This document shows, one piece after another, positions 10,333 through 20,055 of a stretch of 64,000 nucleotides of DNA. Source of the DNA: a virus. How positions within the stretch are numbered: the first letter of the stretch is position 1; every line of letters starts with the position of its first letter. Under the pieces are notes generated by a model, which made no database searches, was not told the origin of the DNA, and saw only the letters and a list, made by a program, of their open reading frames with translations. The position numbers were made by a program, and so were the translations under genes. The stretch lies in the IMG/VR virus record IMGVR_UViG_3300008108_000118. The stretch is one strand, 5' to 3'.

Positions 10333-11016
10333 CTATTTTGATAAAAATGTATCTAGTCTACCCATTAATTTTTTCATTCTATCATCAACAACAGGTTTTC
10401 TCTCAATTGTTTCTTGATATTGTTCTCTGTCTTTTAAATCACTAAACACATATGCTCCGGGAGTCGATGGTGAGGAGACTAAGTCAAAACACACTAATTC
10501 AAAATCATCTTGTACTATGTTTTGTCCTTTTATATTTTTCAATGATCCTACACCTCTTGATGAAATACCTAAAGTGGCACCATTCATAATTAACATTGCC
10601 GCTTGATCACCTCTTGTACTTACGATACCCATTTTTTTCCAACCTGGTGATGTAAATAATTTAATTTTACCCATTAACATTTTACCATCCCACCATGTTT
10701 CAATGATTGAATGTGATACTCTATCTAAATCAATTAATGAAGATGAGGGGTGATTTAATTCATTTAAAGCACCACCTTTTTTTATTAAAGATTGATATTT
10801 TTCATTTTCTCTTTTTAATAAAACTTCAGGATAAATTCTACCATTTTTGTTTGGGGTATCGTATTTCTGTAAAACAGCAAAAAGGATAAGGTCTTGCGAA
10901 AAGTCCATATCCTTCATTTCTGAAATTATTTTTTTATTATCTTCTGGTGAGATATGGCCGGCATCATATTCTATTAATATACCATGTCCGGTTTCTTTTG
11001 GTCCTAATATCTTCAT
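10333..11016 (-). CDS. prohead core protease (T4 gp21/peptidase U9-like), putative
   Basis: Position between core/scaffold genes. Candidate catalytic His (LNELNHP) and Ser (GISSRGVGS) motifs. NGRIYPE motif present. Confidence 0.55.
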   Translation of the reverse strand: MKILGPKETGHGILIEYDAGHISPEDNKKIISEMKDMDFSQDLILFAVLQKYDTPNKNGRIYPEVLLKRENEKYQSLIKKGGALNELNHPSSSLIDLDRVSHSIIETWWDGKMLMGKIKLFTSPGWKKMGIVSTRGDQAAMLIMNGATLGISSRGVGSLKNIKGQNIVQDDFELVCFDLVSSPSTPGAYVFSDLKDREQYQETIERKPVVDDRMKKLMGRLDTFLSK

Positions 11017-11052
11017 TTATAGTTTTTATACTATAAATACATCGATATCGTA

Positions 11053-11478
11053 CTATTTTTTTGTTTTATAAAAATTAAACAAGTTTTTATCTACCAATGA
11101 TTCGTTAATTATTGTTTTTATAATATCCGTAATTATTCTTTTTGTGTCTTTAGATTTAACATCAAATTTATTTTCAACATATAATGTTATTTCTAAATTC
11201 ATAAAAGATCTTTTTTCTTTTTTTATTCCTTTGGTTCTTATGTCTAAATCTACAATAGATTGTGGTTTAAAATTTTGATGATTTAAATCGTATATTAATC
11301 TTTTTATATCTCTCCTTGTTTTAAAAATCACACTATCAAAGTCATCATTTTCATTATTTGGTTGTAACCAAGAATTTAATTTTAAATAAATTGTTTTTAG
11401 ATTTTTAAAATCTACGGTTCCATATCCGATCTTAACATCATCGTATGTTCCCAAAGGAATAAACTTTCCTGTCTTCAT
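11053..11478 (-). CDS. hypothetical protein (prohead core protein by position)
   Basis: Sits between the portal/core genes and the protease gene. Confidence 0.4.
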   Translation of the reverse strand: MKTGKFIPLGTYDDVKIGYGTVDFKNLKTIYLKLNSWLQPNNENDDFDSVIFKTRRDIKRLIYDLNHQNFKPQSIVDLDIRTKGIKKEKRSFMNLEITLYVENKFDVKSKDTKRIITDIIKTIINESLVDKNLFNFYKTKK

Positions 11479-11580
11479 TATTTTTTACATATTAAAAATA
11501 TTTTATGGTGTAAATAAAAAATATGAAAAATTATCCACAAAACCAAATTTTTTTTGTATATATGGGTATAATTATAAAAT

Positions 11581-11772
11581 ATGATTATTATTGATTTAAC
11601 TAAAGAAAAAAATTTGGAGTCTGCGTTAAGAACCTATAAACATAAAGTTCAAAAAACAAAATTGATCCAAGAACTTAGAAAAAGAAAGGAGTTTGTAAAA
11701 CCTTCGGTAGAAAAAAGAGATTTGAAATTAAAAGCAATCCACACCAGTAAAATTAAAAATGGTCTCGATTAA
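11581..11772 (+). CDS. rpsU: ribosomal protein bS21 (RpsU) homolog, phage-encoded
   Basis: 63-aa basic protein. KEKNLESALRTYKHKVQKTKLIQELRKRKEFVKPSVEKRDLKLKA matches the S21 pattern (ALRRFKR...RRREFYEKP...RKR). Lone plus-strand gene inside the minus-strand head module. Confidence 0.7.
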   Translation: MIIIDLTKEKNLESALRTYKHKVQKTKLIQELRKRKEFVKPSVEKRDLKLKAIHTSKIKNGLD

Positions 11773-12521
11773 TCAAGACCATTTTTTAATTCTTTAAGTT
11801 TATAGTAACCGTACTTTGTGGTTTCCGTTTTCATCACTTCAGTTTTCACATTATTTAATTTAGTTACTAATTCAACATCATCTTTTGATTCAAGAATAGT
11901 TGAATCTATTTTAGATACTATGGATTCTTTTAAATTTTTAACTTTATCTTTAAGTTCATTTTCATTTAAAGAAACAATTTCTTTTAATTCTTTCTTTTCG
12001 TTTTCATTTAAAGAATTGTCAAATATAGTGTTAAAATTATTTGTCAATACGGCGTGTAGTAAATTTTGATTTTTAATAAAAATGGAAGATTTATTTTCAT
12101 TTACTGTTTTGTTTTTTTTTCCAGTTAAAAAATCAATTAATTTTTTCTTTGCGGATATTTTTTTGTCTATGTTTAATAGATTATCATTCTCAGACAATAG
12201 ATCTAACATTTTATAAATCTCATTATTATCCTCAACTTGAACATCTTTTAATTCGACATCCAATTCTTCCATTATTTTATTTAGACTTTTTAAATTTTTT
12301 GATTTAAGTAATGAACTTATTTGATCTACATATTCTTTAGCAACATCAAGATCTTCAATGTCTTTATTTTCGATGTCTTCATACAACAAATACAATTCCT
12401 TAAAATCTTTATTTTCTTTAATTGTACCTAATATGTCCTTTAATTCACCCTTGTTATTTTTAATATAAGAGTCTGTTATTTTTTTTAACAACTTCATCTT
12501 TAATGATCCAAAATTTTTCAT
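11769..12521 (-). CDS. hypothetical coiled-coil, Lys/Glu-rich protein (prohead core/scaffold-associated by position)
   Basis: Lies between the portal and core genes. Low complexity. Confidence 0.45.
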   Translation of the reverse strand: MKNFGSLKMKLLKKITDSYIKNNKGELKDILGTIKENKDFKELYLLYEDIENKDIEDLDVAKEYVDQISSLLKSKNLKSLNKIMEELDVELKDVQVEDNNEIYKMLDLLSENDNLLNIDKKISAKKKLIDFLTGKKNKTVNENKSSIFIKNQNLLHAVLTNNFNTIFDNSLNENEKKELKEIVSLNENELKDKVKNLKESIVSKIDSTILESKDDVELVTKLNNVKTEVMKTETTKYGYYKLKELKNGLD

Positions 12522-12525
12522 TTTT

Positions 12526-14367
12526 TTAATCGTTTAATATATCTTTTATTTTATTTTCTATTTCATAAATATTCTCTTGTGCCTTATTAAAATTAAATAA
12601 ATCATTTAAATCTTTTTTTTCATCACCTAACATACTTAAAATTTTACTTTTTTTACTTTTGTTTTCACCTTCGGATAGTGTCTCTCCTCCACCTCCACCG
12701 GCTGGTGGCGGCGGTGCTGCTGATGCTCCTCCACCCATATCCATTCCACCACCTCCAGGTGATTCACTACCCGCTGATCCAGACGCCTCTAATTTCTTCC
12801 TCTCTTCTTCCGGTATACCGTATTTTCTATCAACTTCATCAAACACACCCGAACGTTTTATTATGTTCTGTGTATTTGTTAATTCAAATCCGATCGCTCT
12901 TTCAAGACGTTGTTGTTCTAAGTCTAATATAACTTCATTATCACTAAAACCTAAAATATTTTTCTTAGCCCAAGTATGTGAAACAGGTAAAATACCTATT
13001 TGTGATTGGTCGGATGTTGCATCTTTATAAAGAGTTATTTTTTCTTTCCATTGTTCTATTTTTAACAAATCAGACTGAGAGGAAGGATTTGTTAAAGATA
13101 ATTGGAAATTATGTAGTTCATCCTCCAAACCCACAAGTGATAGGTGTATTAATGCAATTTTATTTAATTCTTGAATTAATGATTTCTGTATTTTATTAAT
13201 TGTTCTGGCAAATCTAATATCCATTAATGCCAAATTCTTACCATCCCCAACAACTTCCTCAAAACCTAAAAACGCCTTAGGAATTCTAAGTGCCGCCAAC
13301 ATTTTCTTTTGAATATATTCAATATCGGCAATTTCACCTAAGTTCTGTGCTCCTGCCAATGTTTCAATTGGATTTGCGGCTGAAGGGTCACGAACGGGAA
13401 TAAAATAATCTTGATCAACGGCCATTTGATTATATCTCATATCGACTTGACCGTTTTTAGGATCAGGTACCGCTTGTCTTTTAAATTTATTTGCAACTCT
13501 TTGTACATATGGTTCGATATCCTTATCATCCATATTACCAACAAATATTTTAAATACACGTCTCTCAGGTGCTCTTGATGTTCTATAAATTAACATTGCG
13601 TCTTCCGCTAATAGAAGTTGTTTCCAAATTCTTCTAATTTTATCTAACATAGAGGTACCATATGGTAATTTTCTATCGTCACCCAATAACCTAAAATGAG
13701 CAATTTCCCAGGCTTGGAATTCCATGTCTTTATTTTTCCACTGAAATCTTAACTCTCTTGTTGGTATTTTAATATCTCTTTGATTTGGTGTTTTAGAAGA
13801 CGCGCCTTCAATTCTTTCTATCTCTATGTTTGGTAATTGTTGACAACCAACAATACCATCTTTAGGGTCTATTTTAAGGTATACAAAATCATCACCATAT
13901 TTACAAAGACCTCTCGTCCACATTTGTAGATTTGTTGCTATGTCTAACTTATTATTGAATAGATCTTGTAGTATGGATTTAACTCTATCTGATTCTGAAT
14001 ATATTGTTAAAATTTCACCTTTTTCTGATGGTGTCGTACTTTCTTCTGCGTATATATCCAATGCCGCGGAAATTTCGGGTGTGAATTCCATTGATTCATA
14101 ATCATAATATGCGGCCAATCTATTTGGTTCATAATAAACAGATTGATTATATAATGATTGATCTAATTTAGCCCACTTATCTGCAATATATTGACTTTGT
14201 TGGGATTGTAATAAAGCCGAATCATATTCTTCTTTACTACTTGTTTTTAATAATTCTTCTTTAGAGAAATTAAATGACGGATTTTCTGGTTGAGTAGGTT
14301 TATTTTGACCAACAAAACCAAACATCTTGGTTAATTTCTGAAATACTGTAATATTTTGATCTGCCAT
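12526..14367 (-). CDS. portal protein (T4 gp20-like by size and synteny)
   Basis: 613 aa. Immediately downstream of the large terminase and upstream of the prohead core genes. Gly-rich C-terminal tail. CTATTTATAAAC motif directly before the ATG. Confidence 0.6.
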   Translation of the reverse strand: MADQNITVFQKLTKMFGFVGQNKPTQPENPSFNFSKEELLKTSSKEEYDSALLQSQQSQYIADKWAKLDQSLYNQSVYYEPNRLAAYYDYESMEFTPEISAALDIYAEESTTPSEKGEILTIYSESDRVKSILQDLFNNKLDIATNLQMWTRGLCKYGDDFVYLKIDPKDGIVGCQQLPNIEIERIEGASSKTPNQRDIKIPTRELRFQWKNKDMEFQAWEIAHFRLLGDDRKLPYGTSMLDKIRRIWKQLLLAEDAMLIYRTSRAPERRVFKIFVGNMDDKDIEPYVQRVANKFKRQAVPDPKNGQVDMRYNQMAVDQDYFIPVRDPSAANPIETLAGAQNLGEIADIEYIQKKMLAALRIPKAFLGFEEVVGDGKNLALMDIRFARTINKIQKSLIQELNKIALIHLSLVGLEDELHNFQLSLTNPSSQSDLLKIEQWKEKITLYKDATSDQSQIGILPVSHTWAKKNILGFSDNEVILDLEQQRLERAIGFELTNTQNIIKRSGVFDEVDRKYGIPEEERKKLEASGSAGSESPGGGGMDMGGGASAAPPPPAGGGGGETLSEGENKSKKSKILSMLGDEKKDLNDLFNFNKAQENIYEIENKIKDILND

Positions 14368-14419
14368 GTTTATAAATAGTCTTTTTATAAGATACGTGTT
14401 TTTTTTATCACTTTAAAGT

Positions 14420-16195
14420 TTATTTACGTTTAGTAAATAACCAAGAATATTCTTTATATATGTCTTTTCCAACATTCATTGTGTTATCTTTGTGATAAAA
14501 ACTATTATCCATTGCTAATGCACCTATTGGGTCTAAAGTTGTTCCATATGAATAAAAAGTTTTATTGGCTTCATATGTTCTTTCGGATGATACCCAAGAT
14601 TCTAACATTGCTTTATTAGTTGAATCGGCTCTTTGTAATTGATTAAAACAAATTTCACCAGCATATAATGCCATGGATAGACTCATAATAGAATCATCGT
14701 GAGATCCCTTCATATGGTCTGGTCTACCGTTTATGTAAACAAATGTGTTTAATTCATTTAGTAATCTATTTGATCTAACAATAAAACCTTTTCTTAGTTG
14801 TTCTTCAAATGATGCGACTATCTGGGTTCTTTTATTGTTAAAATTAATACCGGGAATTTTTTCCATCGCTTTCTTATTGTATTCCCAAATATTTTGTGTA
14901 TTAATACCGTCAATATAAATGTTTTTATAATTTAATTCTTGTAATTTTCTTGATGTTGCAACACCCATACCACCAGTTATATCCACAACCACAAAGGCGT
15001 TTCCATAAAGGATACCCCATTTATAAACAATTGACGCTAAATCATCTGGTGGTATTTTACCAATATATTCTAACACCTGTTCTCTATCATCAAAATCAAT
15101 AATATTGATCGAAGAAAAATCTTCACTATCACCTCTACTCACATCAACACCCATAATATAACGATGACCCTCAACTGGTTCTTTCCATTGCCAAAGTGTA
15201 CCTTGCATGTACTTTTCCATTGGTTGTCTGATCATATTTTTTGCAATATTTTCTTGGGTTTCACTTGGAATAACACCATCACCTGAACCTAAAAAGTCAC
15301 ACTCCAATTCCTGTGCAATTTTACGTCTATCATATTTGAATTTTTTAGACATTGATTCAAACCAAGATGAAAATGGTTTATATCCTTGTTCTTCATATTC
15401 TCTATATTTTTCAACATCAAAATCATACATTACCACTTCATCATCATTATATTGTTCTCTATTCAACATATAATGACATATGTCAGCACATTTAACCCAA
15501 CGTAAGTCTTTAGTGTAACGAGGGTCTTTAAACCATCTTAAATCTGTTATATGGAAATCATTTATACCACGTAACGCTTGGTCATAAACACCATAATAAA
15601 TCGGATCATAACCATTTGGTGTTGATATAAGAATAATCTTACCACCCGTAGATAGTGACGCCATAGATGCCGCCCAAAAGTCTTCTCCCGCTTCAATATA
15701 TGCCGCCTCATCAAATACAAGTATCGTTGGTGTGTAACCACGTAATGCATCCGCAGATGTCGCAACCGCTTTAACTTCACATCCATTATTTAATCTAAAT
15801 CTACTTTCTGAGTTTTTATCAGGGTGAAAACCCACATTAATCCATTCTGGCCATTGATCCAAGAAATGTCTAACTTTATTGGCCATTTCAATCGCGGTAT
15901 CTCTCTTATTCGCAATAATCAGAACCCTTTCAGGATTTTCGGGTTTTGCGGTTTGGAGTTTTTTTGAAATCCAAGCGGCTGTTACTGTAGATACACCCGC
16001 CTGTCTATATTTTCTTGTTATATTTTCATTATAAGTTTCATAATCCTTAATCAATTGAACTTGATCAGGAAACAATTCTAAGGGTACGAATTTCTTTTGT
16101 GTATTATCATAAGTTGTTAAGTATGTTTTTAAGGCATACGGAGCATCTTTGATAATCTTAGCGTATTCTTTTAACTGTTCAATCTTTGTGTTCAT
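14420..16195 (-). CDS. terminase large subunit (gp17-like)
   Basis: 591 aa. ATPase-like YRQAGVST(V)T region resembles the T4 SRQLGKT Walker A. C-terminal nuclease-like IMGVDVSRGDSEDFSSINIID. Lies upstream of the portal gene. Confidence 0.75.
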   Translation of the reverse strand: MNTKIEQLKEYAKIIKDAPYALKTYLTTYDNTQKKFVPLELFPDQVQLIKDYETYNENITRKYRQAGVSTVTAAWISKKLQTAKPENPERVLIIANKRDTAIEMANKVRHFLDQWPEWINVGFHPDKNSESRFRLNNGCEVKAVATSADALRGYTPTILVFDEAAYIEAGEDFWAASMASLSTGGKIILISTPNGYDPIYYGVYDQALRGINDFHITDLRWFKDPRYTKDLRWVKCADICHYMLNREQYNDDEVVMYDFDVEKYREYEEQGYKPFSSWFESMSKKFKYDRRKIAQELECDFLGSGDGVIPSETQENIAKNMIRQPMEKYMQGTLWQWKEPVEGHRYIMGVDVSRGDSEDFSSINIIDFDDREQVLEYIGKIPPDDLASIVYKWGILYGNAFVVVDITGGMGVATSRKLQELNYKNIYIDGINTQNIWEYNKKAMEKIPGINFNNKRTQIVASFEEQLRKGFIVRSNRLLNELNTFVYINGRPDHMKGSHDDSIMSLSMALYAGEICFNQLQRADSTNKAMLESWVSSERTYEANKTFYSYGTTLDPIGALAMDNSFYHKDNTMNVGKDIYKEYSWLFTKRK

Positions 16196-16198
16196 ATA

Positions 16199-16209
16199 CC
16201 TATAAATAC
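16199..16209 (-). promoter_or_regulatory. GTATTTATAGG motif (coding strand) 4 nt upstream of the terminase start codon
   Basis: One of about 14 occurrences of TATTTATA(G/A) close upstream of start codons (see findings). Confidence 0.4.
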
Positions 16210-16210
16210 A

Positions 16211-16240
16211 AAAAAGGGAGGTAAAACCTCCCTTTTTATT
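16211..16240 (-). terminator. intrinsic terminator (GGGAGG-TAAAA-CCTCCC with flanking A/T runs) between a 439-aa gene and the terminase gene
   Basis: Perfect 6-bp GC stem with a T-run on the minus strand. Confidence 0.7.
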
Positions 16241-16252
16241 ATCTTTACTTGA

Positions 16253-17572
16253 TTATGATAGATCAATACCTAAGCCACCAAGGAAATCTTTTAAATCATC
16301 ATCATCAGTTTCATCTGAGATATCTGTAAGTTTATCGTCAAATTCACTCATCGATTCTTCATAATCATAATTTCTTATTTCCGCCTCTATAGAATCAACA
16401 ATAATTTTCATTAAATTTCTACCATTTTCTGATCCTGAAATAACTTCTTTCATGAATACTAAAAATTCTTTAGCTGGCTTTTTAACTATATGTGAAAATA
16501 ACATTAATTGTATATTCTTCTTATTTTCATCAGTTAACACATCTTCTGGTATTTGACTTCTAATTCTATCCCATATCGCTGGACCCAATCTTAAATCCCA
16601 AATTTCTTTTTCCATTGTGTTTTCACTACTAATTACTCTTTGAGCAATTTCAGGATTACGCGATTGTCCTTTAATTGCAGCAATCACTTCAAAAGTACCT
16701 TTTATTAGTTCATGAACCAATATTGGGAAATTCAATCCTTGTGCCATTACTTTTGGTGGATTTGAATTAGGGTCAATACTTTCTTTACCTCCAACCATAT
16801 TACCACCACCTCCACCACCCATGGAAGCTTTCATTTGTTGATCACTGACTTGCCAATATAATGTATCATTAATTGACATTAAAATACCATATTGATTAAT
16901 TAATGATTCTGAACCGGTAATTTCTCTAATTTTATCTGTAACATAATGATACATATAATGACCTCTTTTCGATGCACCTTGTATCATACTACCAATTAGT
17001 CTTGCTTTAGCTTTTTCTAAATTTAATGTTTGTAAATCATCAAATAATTCCTGTTCAATTTCGACCTCTTCCATTTCAGGTTGTTGTTGACCCGGTTGAT
17101 CTCTATTAAAGTCCTGAGTATCAATTTCACCCATACCAACAATTTTTGCCTCAAACTCAATGTCACCTTCCTCAATTCCAAATTCTTTCATGACCAAATC
17201 AATTGCCAATCTTTCTAATTCTTCTCTATGTTCTCTTTCGGTTTGAACAATTTCATTATGTGCCATCATCATGGTTTGCATTAATGGCATCATATTTTGC
17301 ATACCAACCATTGGTGTTTGAATGTTAGTATATTGTCTAACTTTCTGAACAACTTGTTTATATCTCTCTGAAGCCAAAAGTTCCTGGAAATTTTGATTTG
17401 GTTCATTACCTGTTTTAGGTAAGGGAATTTTTTTCAAAGGAGTTTCACCTTGACTAAGTTTAGACTGTACACCAGAATCGGGCCTATCGGCAGAATCAAA
17501 ATCCATTGCCATTTCTTCAATATTTTCTTTAACTAAAGATAGTAAATTTTTTTTGCTTATAACAATTTTCAT
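16253..17572 (-). CDS. hypothetical protein, 439 aa (acidic; Met/Gln-rich segments)
   Basis: Long ORF upstream of the terminase. No family recognised. Confidence 0.55.
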   Translation of the reverse strand: MKIVISKKNLLSLVKENIEEMAMDFDSADRPDSGVQSKLSQGETPLKKIPLPKTGNEPNQNFQELLASERYKQVVQKVRQYTNIQTPMVGMQNMMPLMQTMMMAHNEIVQTEREHREELERLAIDLVMKEFGIEEGDIEFEAKIVGMGEIDTQDFNRDQPGQQQPEMEEVEIEQELFDDLQTLNLEKAKARLIGSMIQGASKRGHYMYHYVTDKIREITGSESLINQYGILMSINDTLYWQVSDQQMKASMGGGGGGNMVGGKESIDPNSNPPKVMAQGLNFPILVHELIKGTFEVIAAIKGQSRNPEIAQRVISSENTMEKEIWDLRLGPAIWDRIRSQIPEDVLTDENKKNIQLMLFSHIVKKPAKEFLVFMKEVISGSENGRNLMKIIVDSIEAEIRNYDYEESMSEFDDKLTDISDETDDDDLKDFLGGLGIDLS

Positions 17573-17573
17573 T

Positions 17574-18491
17574 TTATTTTTTCTTTTTCCCTTCTTTTAT
17601 TGTTGATCCTGCTCTTGGACCGGGATTCGGAATCGGATTTGGGTCATCTTTTCTGAATGGATCTTTTCTTGGATCTTTTCTTGGTGGGGTTTTTTCACCC
17701 GGATCTTTTGTTGGTGTGGGTTTTGTTGAAGGTTCTTTTGTCGGTGCTGTTTCAGTTGATGTTATTGAATCATAAGTCATAAACTCAGGAATACCATTAT
17801 GACCTTTATGACCTTTTTTAGCTTTTTTGGGCATAGGTATCATTGTTTCAGTTTCATTAAGTTTTCTTTGTAAAAGTTCCATGATTTCTCCTTTTGATGT
17901 GAATGGATGATAATTTGTTTCTGCTAAGTTATTAACCCATTCTGATATTTCATGATTTTCTTTTAACTTTTTTAAAGTCATAGCCAATTTTGCTCTTTGA
18001 CCTAATTTACGACCTTCCTTAACTTCAGATTTTTTTGATCCTAACTTTTTAAAATCGGCAGAAGTTAATTTACCTTTAGGTTCAGCAACATCTAATTTTT
18101 TCTGATTACCTTTTAACTCTTCTTTAACATCTTTTTTATTTCTCAATAATTTGAAATCTTCTTTATCTATTCTCTTATTTTTATTTTTATCTAAAGCAGA
18201 TAATTGTTTTTGAGTAGGTTTCTTTTTCCCTTCTTTCATTTCTGTTTCCTTTGTTACTTGTATGTGACCTTGTTTAGAAATATCGGTAACTTTTTTAGGA
18301 TCATTAATAATTGTATTAATTTCTGCGGCGTCACTTGGATTACTCATACTGTAAACTTTAACTTGTTTAACAAGTGCTTCATTTAACATTCTATCACATA
18401 GTGATCTAAGTTGATTATCACTAAAATTAACCAATGTTTTTGTGGAAAGACCCTCATTTACAAGTCTTTTAACCATTTCTGATCTTGTCAT
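17574..18491 (-). CDS. hypothetical Lys-rich protein, 305 aa
   Basis: Long ORF adjacent to and co-oriented with its neighbours. Confidence 0.5.
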   Translation of the reverse strand: MTRSEMVKRLVNEGLSTKTLVNFSDNQLRSLCDRMLNEALVKQVKVYSMSNPSDAAEINTIINDPKKVTDISKQGHIQVTKETEMKEGKKKPTQKQLSALDKNKNKRIDKEDFKLLRNKKDVKEELKGNQKKLDVAEPKGKLTSADFKKLGSKKSEVKEGRKLGQRAKLAMTLKKLKENHEISEWVNNLAETNYHPFTSKGEIMELLQRKLNETETMIPMPKKAKKGHKGHNGIPEFMTYDSITSTETAPTKEPSTKPTPTKDPGEKTPPRKDPRKDPFRKDDPNPIPNPGPRAGSTIKEGKKKK

Positions 18492-18889
18492 ATTATTTTA
18501 ATTTTTATTTCTTCATTTATTAGGTGATAACCTCTTTCTTTTATTTTTTTTGTTACACTTTCTAATGTTTCTCCAAACTTAAATGTCAATCTTTCATCTT
18601 GACTTTCAGGATTGAATTTTTCCCAACCTAATGCAACTACACCATCCACAGCATCAATAACTCCGAAATAATCGGAGTTTTGAACAAGTTCTAATTCTAT
18701 GTCTGAATTTTTTAAAAGACCAACTAAGTCAATATATTCAACATCGGGAGACTTAGATTGTGTTGAAATTGATGCCGGTATAACAAACCATTCCTCTATG
18801 TCAAGTTCTGTAGATTTACTGAAGATAAATTCATACTGTTTTTGACCTTTATAATCTGCACCAATTTCATTAACATAGATAAGTCTCAT
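18488..18889 (-). CDS. hypothetical protein, 133 aa
   Basis: 4-nt overlap with the downstream gene. Confidence 0.5.
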   Translation of the reverse strand: MRLIYVNEIGADYKGQKQYEFIFSKSTELDIEEWFVIPASISTQSKSPDVEYIDLVGLLKNSDIELELVQNSDYFGVIDAVDGVVALGWEKFNPESQDERLTFKFGETLESVTKKIKERGYHLINEEIKIKII

Positions 18890-18892
18890 ATT

Positions 18893-19987
18893 TTATTTAA
18901 AATATTTACTCAACGTCTCACCAATACTTTTGCTTATGTCAGCTTTTATTTCATCCATATCAATTTCAACCTCTAAAAGATCATCACTTTCAGAAACACC
19001 TAAATCATTGTAATCATCTAAATTAACTTCATCTATTTCTTCATCAGTTGCGATCGGTGTATTTATGAAATTTTCTAATTTATCCATTGTTTCACCCAAT
19101 TCTTCTTCCCCACTTTCCGGTGCTTGTGGAATTTCTTCCCCACCTTCTGGTGTTTGTGGAATTTCTTCCTCACCTTCTGGTGTTTGTGGAATTTCTTCCT
19201 CACGATCGAATTTTTTAGATATTTCCTCGATATCTTCATCCTCTAATTTATCTAAATCAACTGCCGATATTATCATGTTTAAAACATATTTAATATCGTC
19301 ACTTTCCATTTTTTGTTTTTGATCTCTTAATTCTTGACCAAGTTTCCCTGAAAATTTTTGTACTTCAGCCATGTAATCTGAAGGTTTTCCTGATTCTCCA
19401 CCTTCAGGTGCGAATGGAACTTCTTCTCCACCTTCTGGTGCCATTGGAACTTCTTCTCCACCTTCTGGCGCCATTGGAACTTCTTCTCCGCCAGGAGTAG
19501 GTGCCCCACCTTCTGGTGCCATTGGTGCTTCAGGTGCCCCACCTTCTGGTGCCATTGGTGCTTCAGGTGCCCCACCTTCTGGTGCCGCTGGTGCGGGTGC
19601 CATTGGTGCTTCAGGTGCAGGTGCCCCACCTTCTGGTTTTTGTTTTAAAACGTATTTTGTTGCTTCTTGTAAATTTTCTTGACCAACAAGTAAATCCATT
19701 CTTTTCAACGCCTCAGCATATGAAGAAAATCTATTTTTGTTTTTCATGAACATTCCACCAATATAATCTAGTGAATTTTCATTTAAACCTTTTTTTACAT
19801 AGTAACCGTCTCTTTCTTTTACGATACCATATACTCCATTACCAATAGATTCTTTAATCATTTCGGCTTTAGTGTTATTATTTGTTGATTTTTTGGGTGT
19901 ACTATTATAGTAGGTTAATTCGAGAATTCTTTTTAATTTGTCATCTCCATTTAACTTTTCACTACCCAATGGTTTTAAATCTCCCAT
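18893..19987 (-). CDS. hypothetical acidic repeat protein (PEGGAPEAPMA and EEIPQTPEGG repeats)
   Basis: In-frame tandem DNA repeats at about 19085-19200 and 19380-19620. GTATTTATAGG motif about 38 nt upstream. Confidence 0.55.
   Translation of the reverse strand: MGDLKPLGSEKLNGDDKLKRILELTYYNSTPKKSTNNNTKAEMIKESIGNGVYGIVKERDGYYVKKGLNENSLDYIGGMFMKNKNRFSSYAEALKRMDLLVGQENLQEATKYVLKQKPEGGAPAPEAPMAPAPAAPEGGAPEAPMAPEGGAPEAPMAPEGGAPTPGGEEVPMAPEGGEEVPMAPEGGEEVPFAPEGGESGKPSDYMAEVQKFSGKLGQELRDQKQKMESDDIKYVLNMIISAVDLDKLEDEDIEEISKKFDREEEIPQTPEGEEEIPQTPEGGEEIPQAPESGEEELGETMDKLENFINTPIATDEEIDEVNLDDYNDLGVSESDDLLEVEIDMDEIKADISKSIGETLSKYFK
19380..19620. repeat. in-frame tandem repeats (about 30-33 bp units) within gene 18893..19987
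   Basis: Repeated ccaccttctggtgccattgg...cttcaggtgcc units encoding P-E-G-G-A-P-E-A-P-M-A. Confidence 0.75.
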
Positions 19988-20055
19988 GTTTTTTGTTTAA
20001 TAAATATAATTATTCTTATCCTATAAATACAAGGATATATTAAAAAAATTGTTGT

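Noticed and set aside
14420-16195. Missing tail sheath/tube genes between the terminase and portal genes (T4 order gp17-18-19-20)
   Set aside because: No such ORFs are present; the portal gene directly follows the terminase gene. Gene order differs from T4 proper. This is not an assembly issue visible in this window.
16199-16209. Reading the forward-strand CTATAAATA instances as classical T4 late promoters for the adjacent minus-strand genes
   Set aside because: For minus-strand genes the forward-strand TATAAATA lies on the template strand. The coding strand reads TATTTATAG. It is reported as a distinct motif rather than a canonical T4 late promoter.
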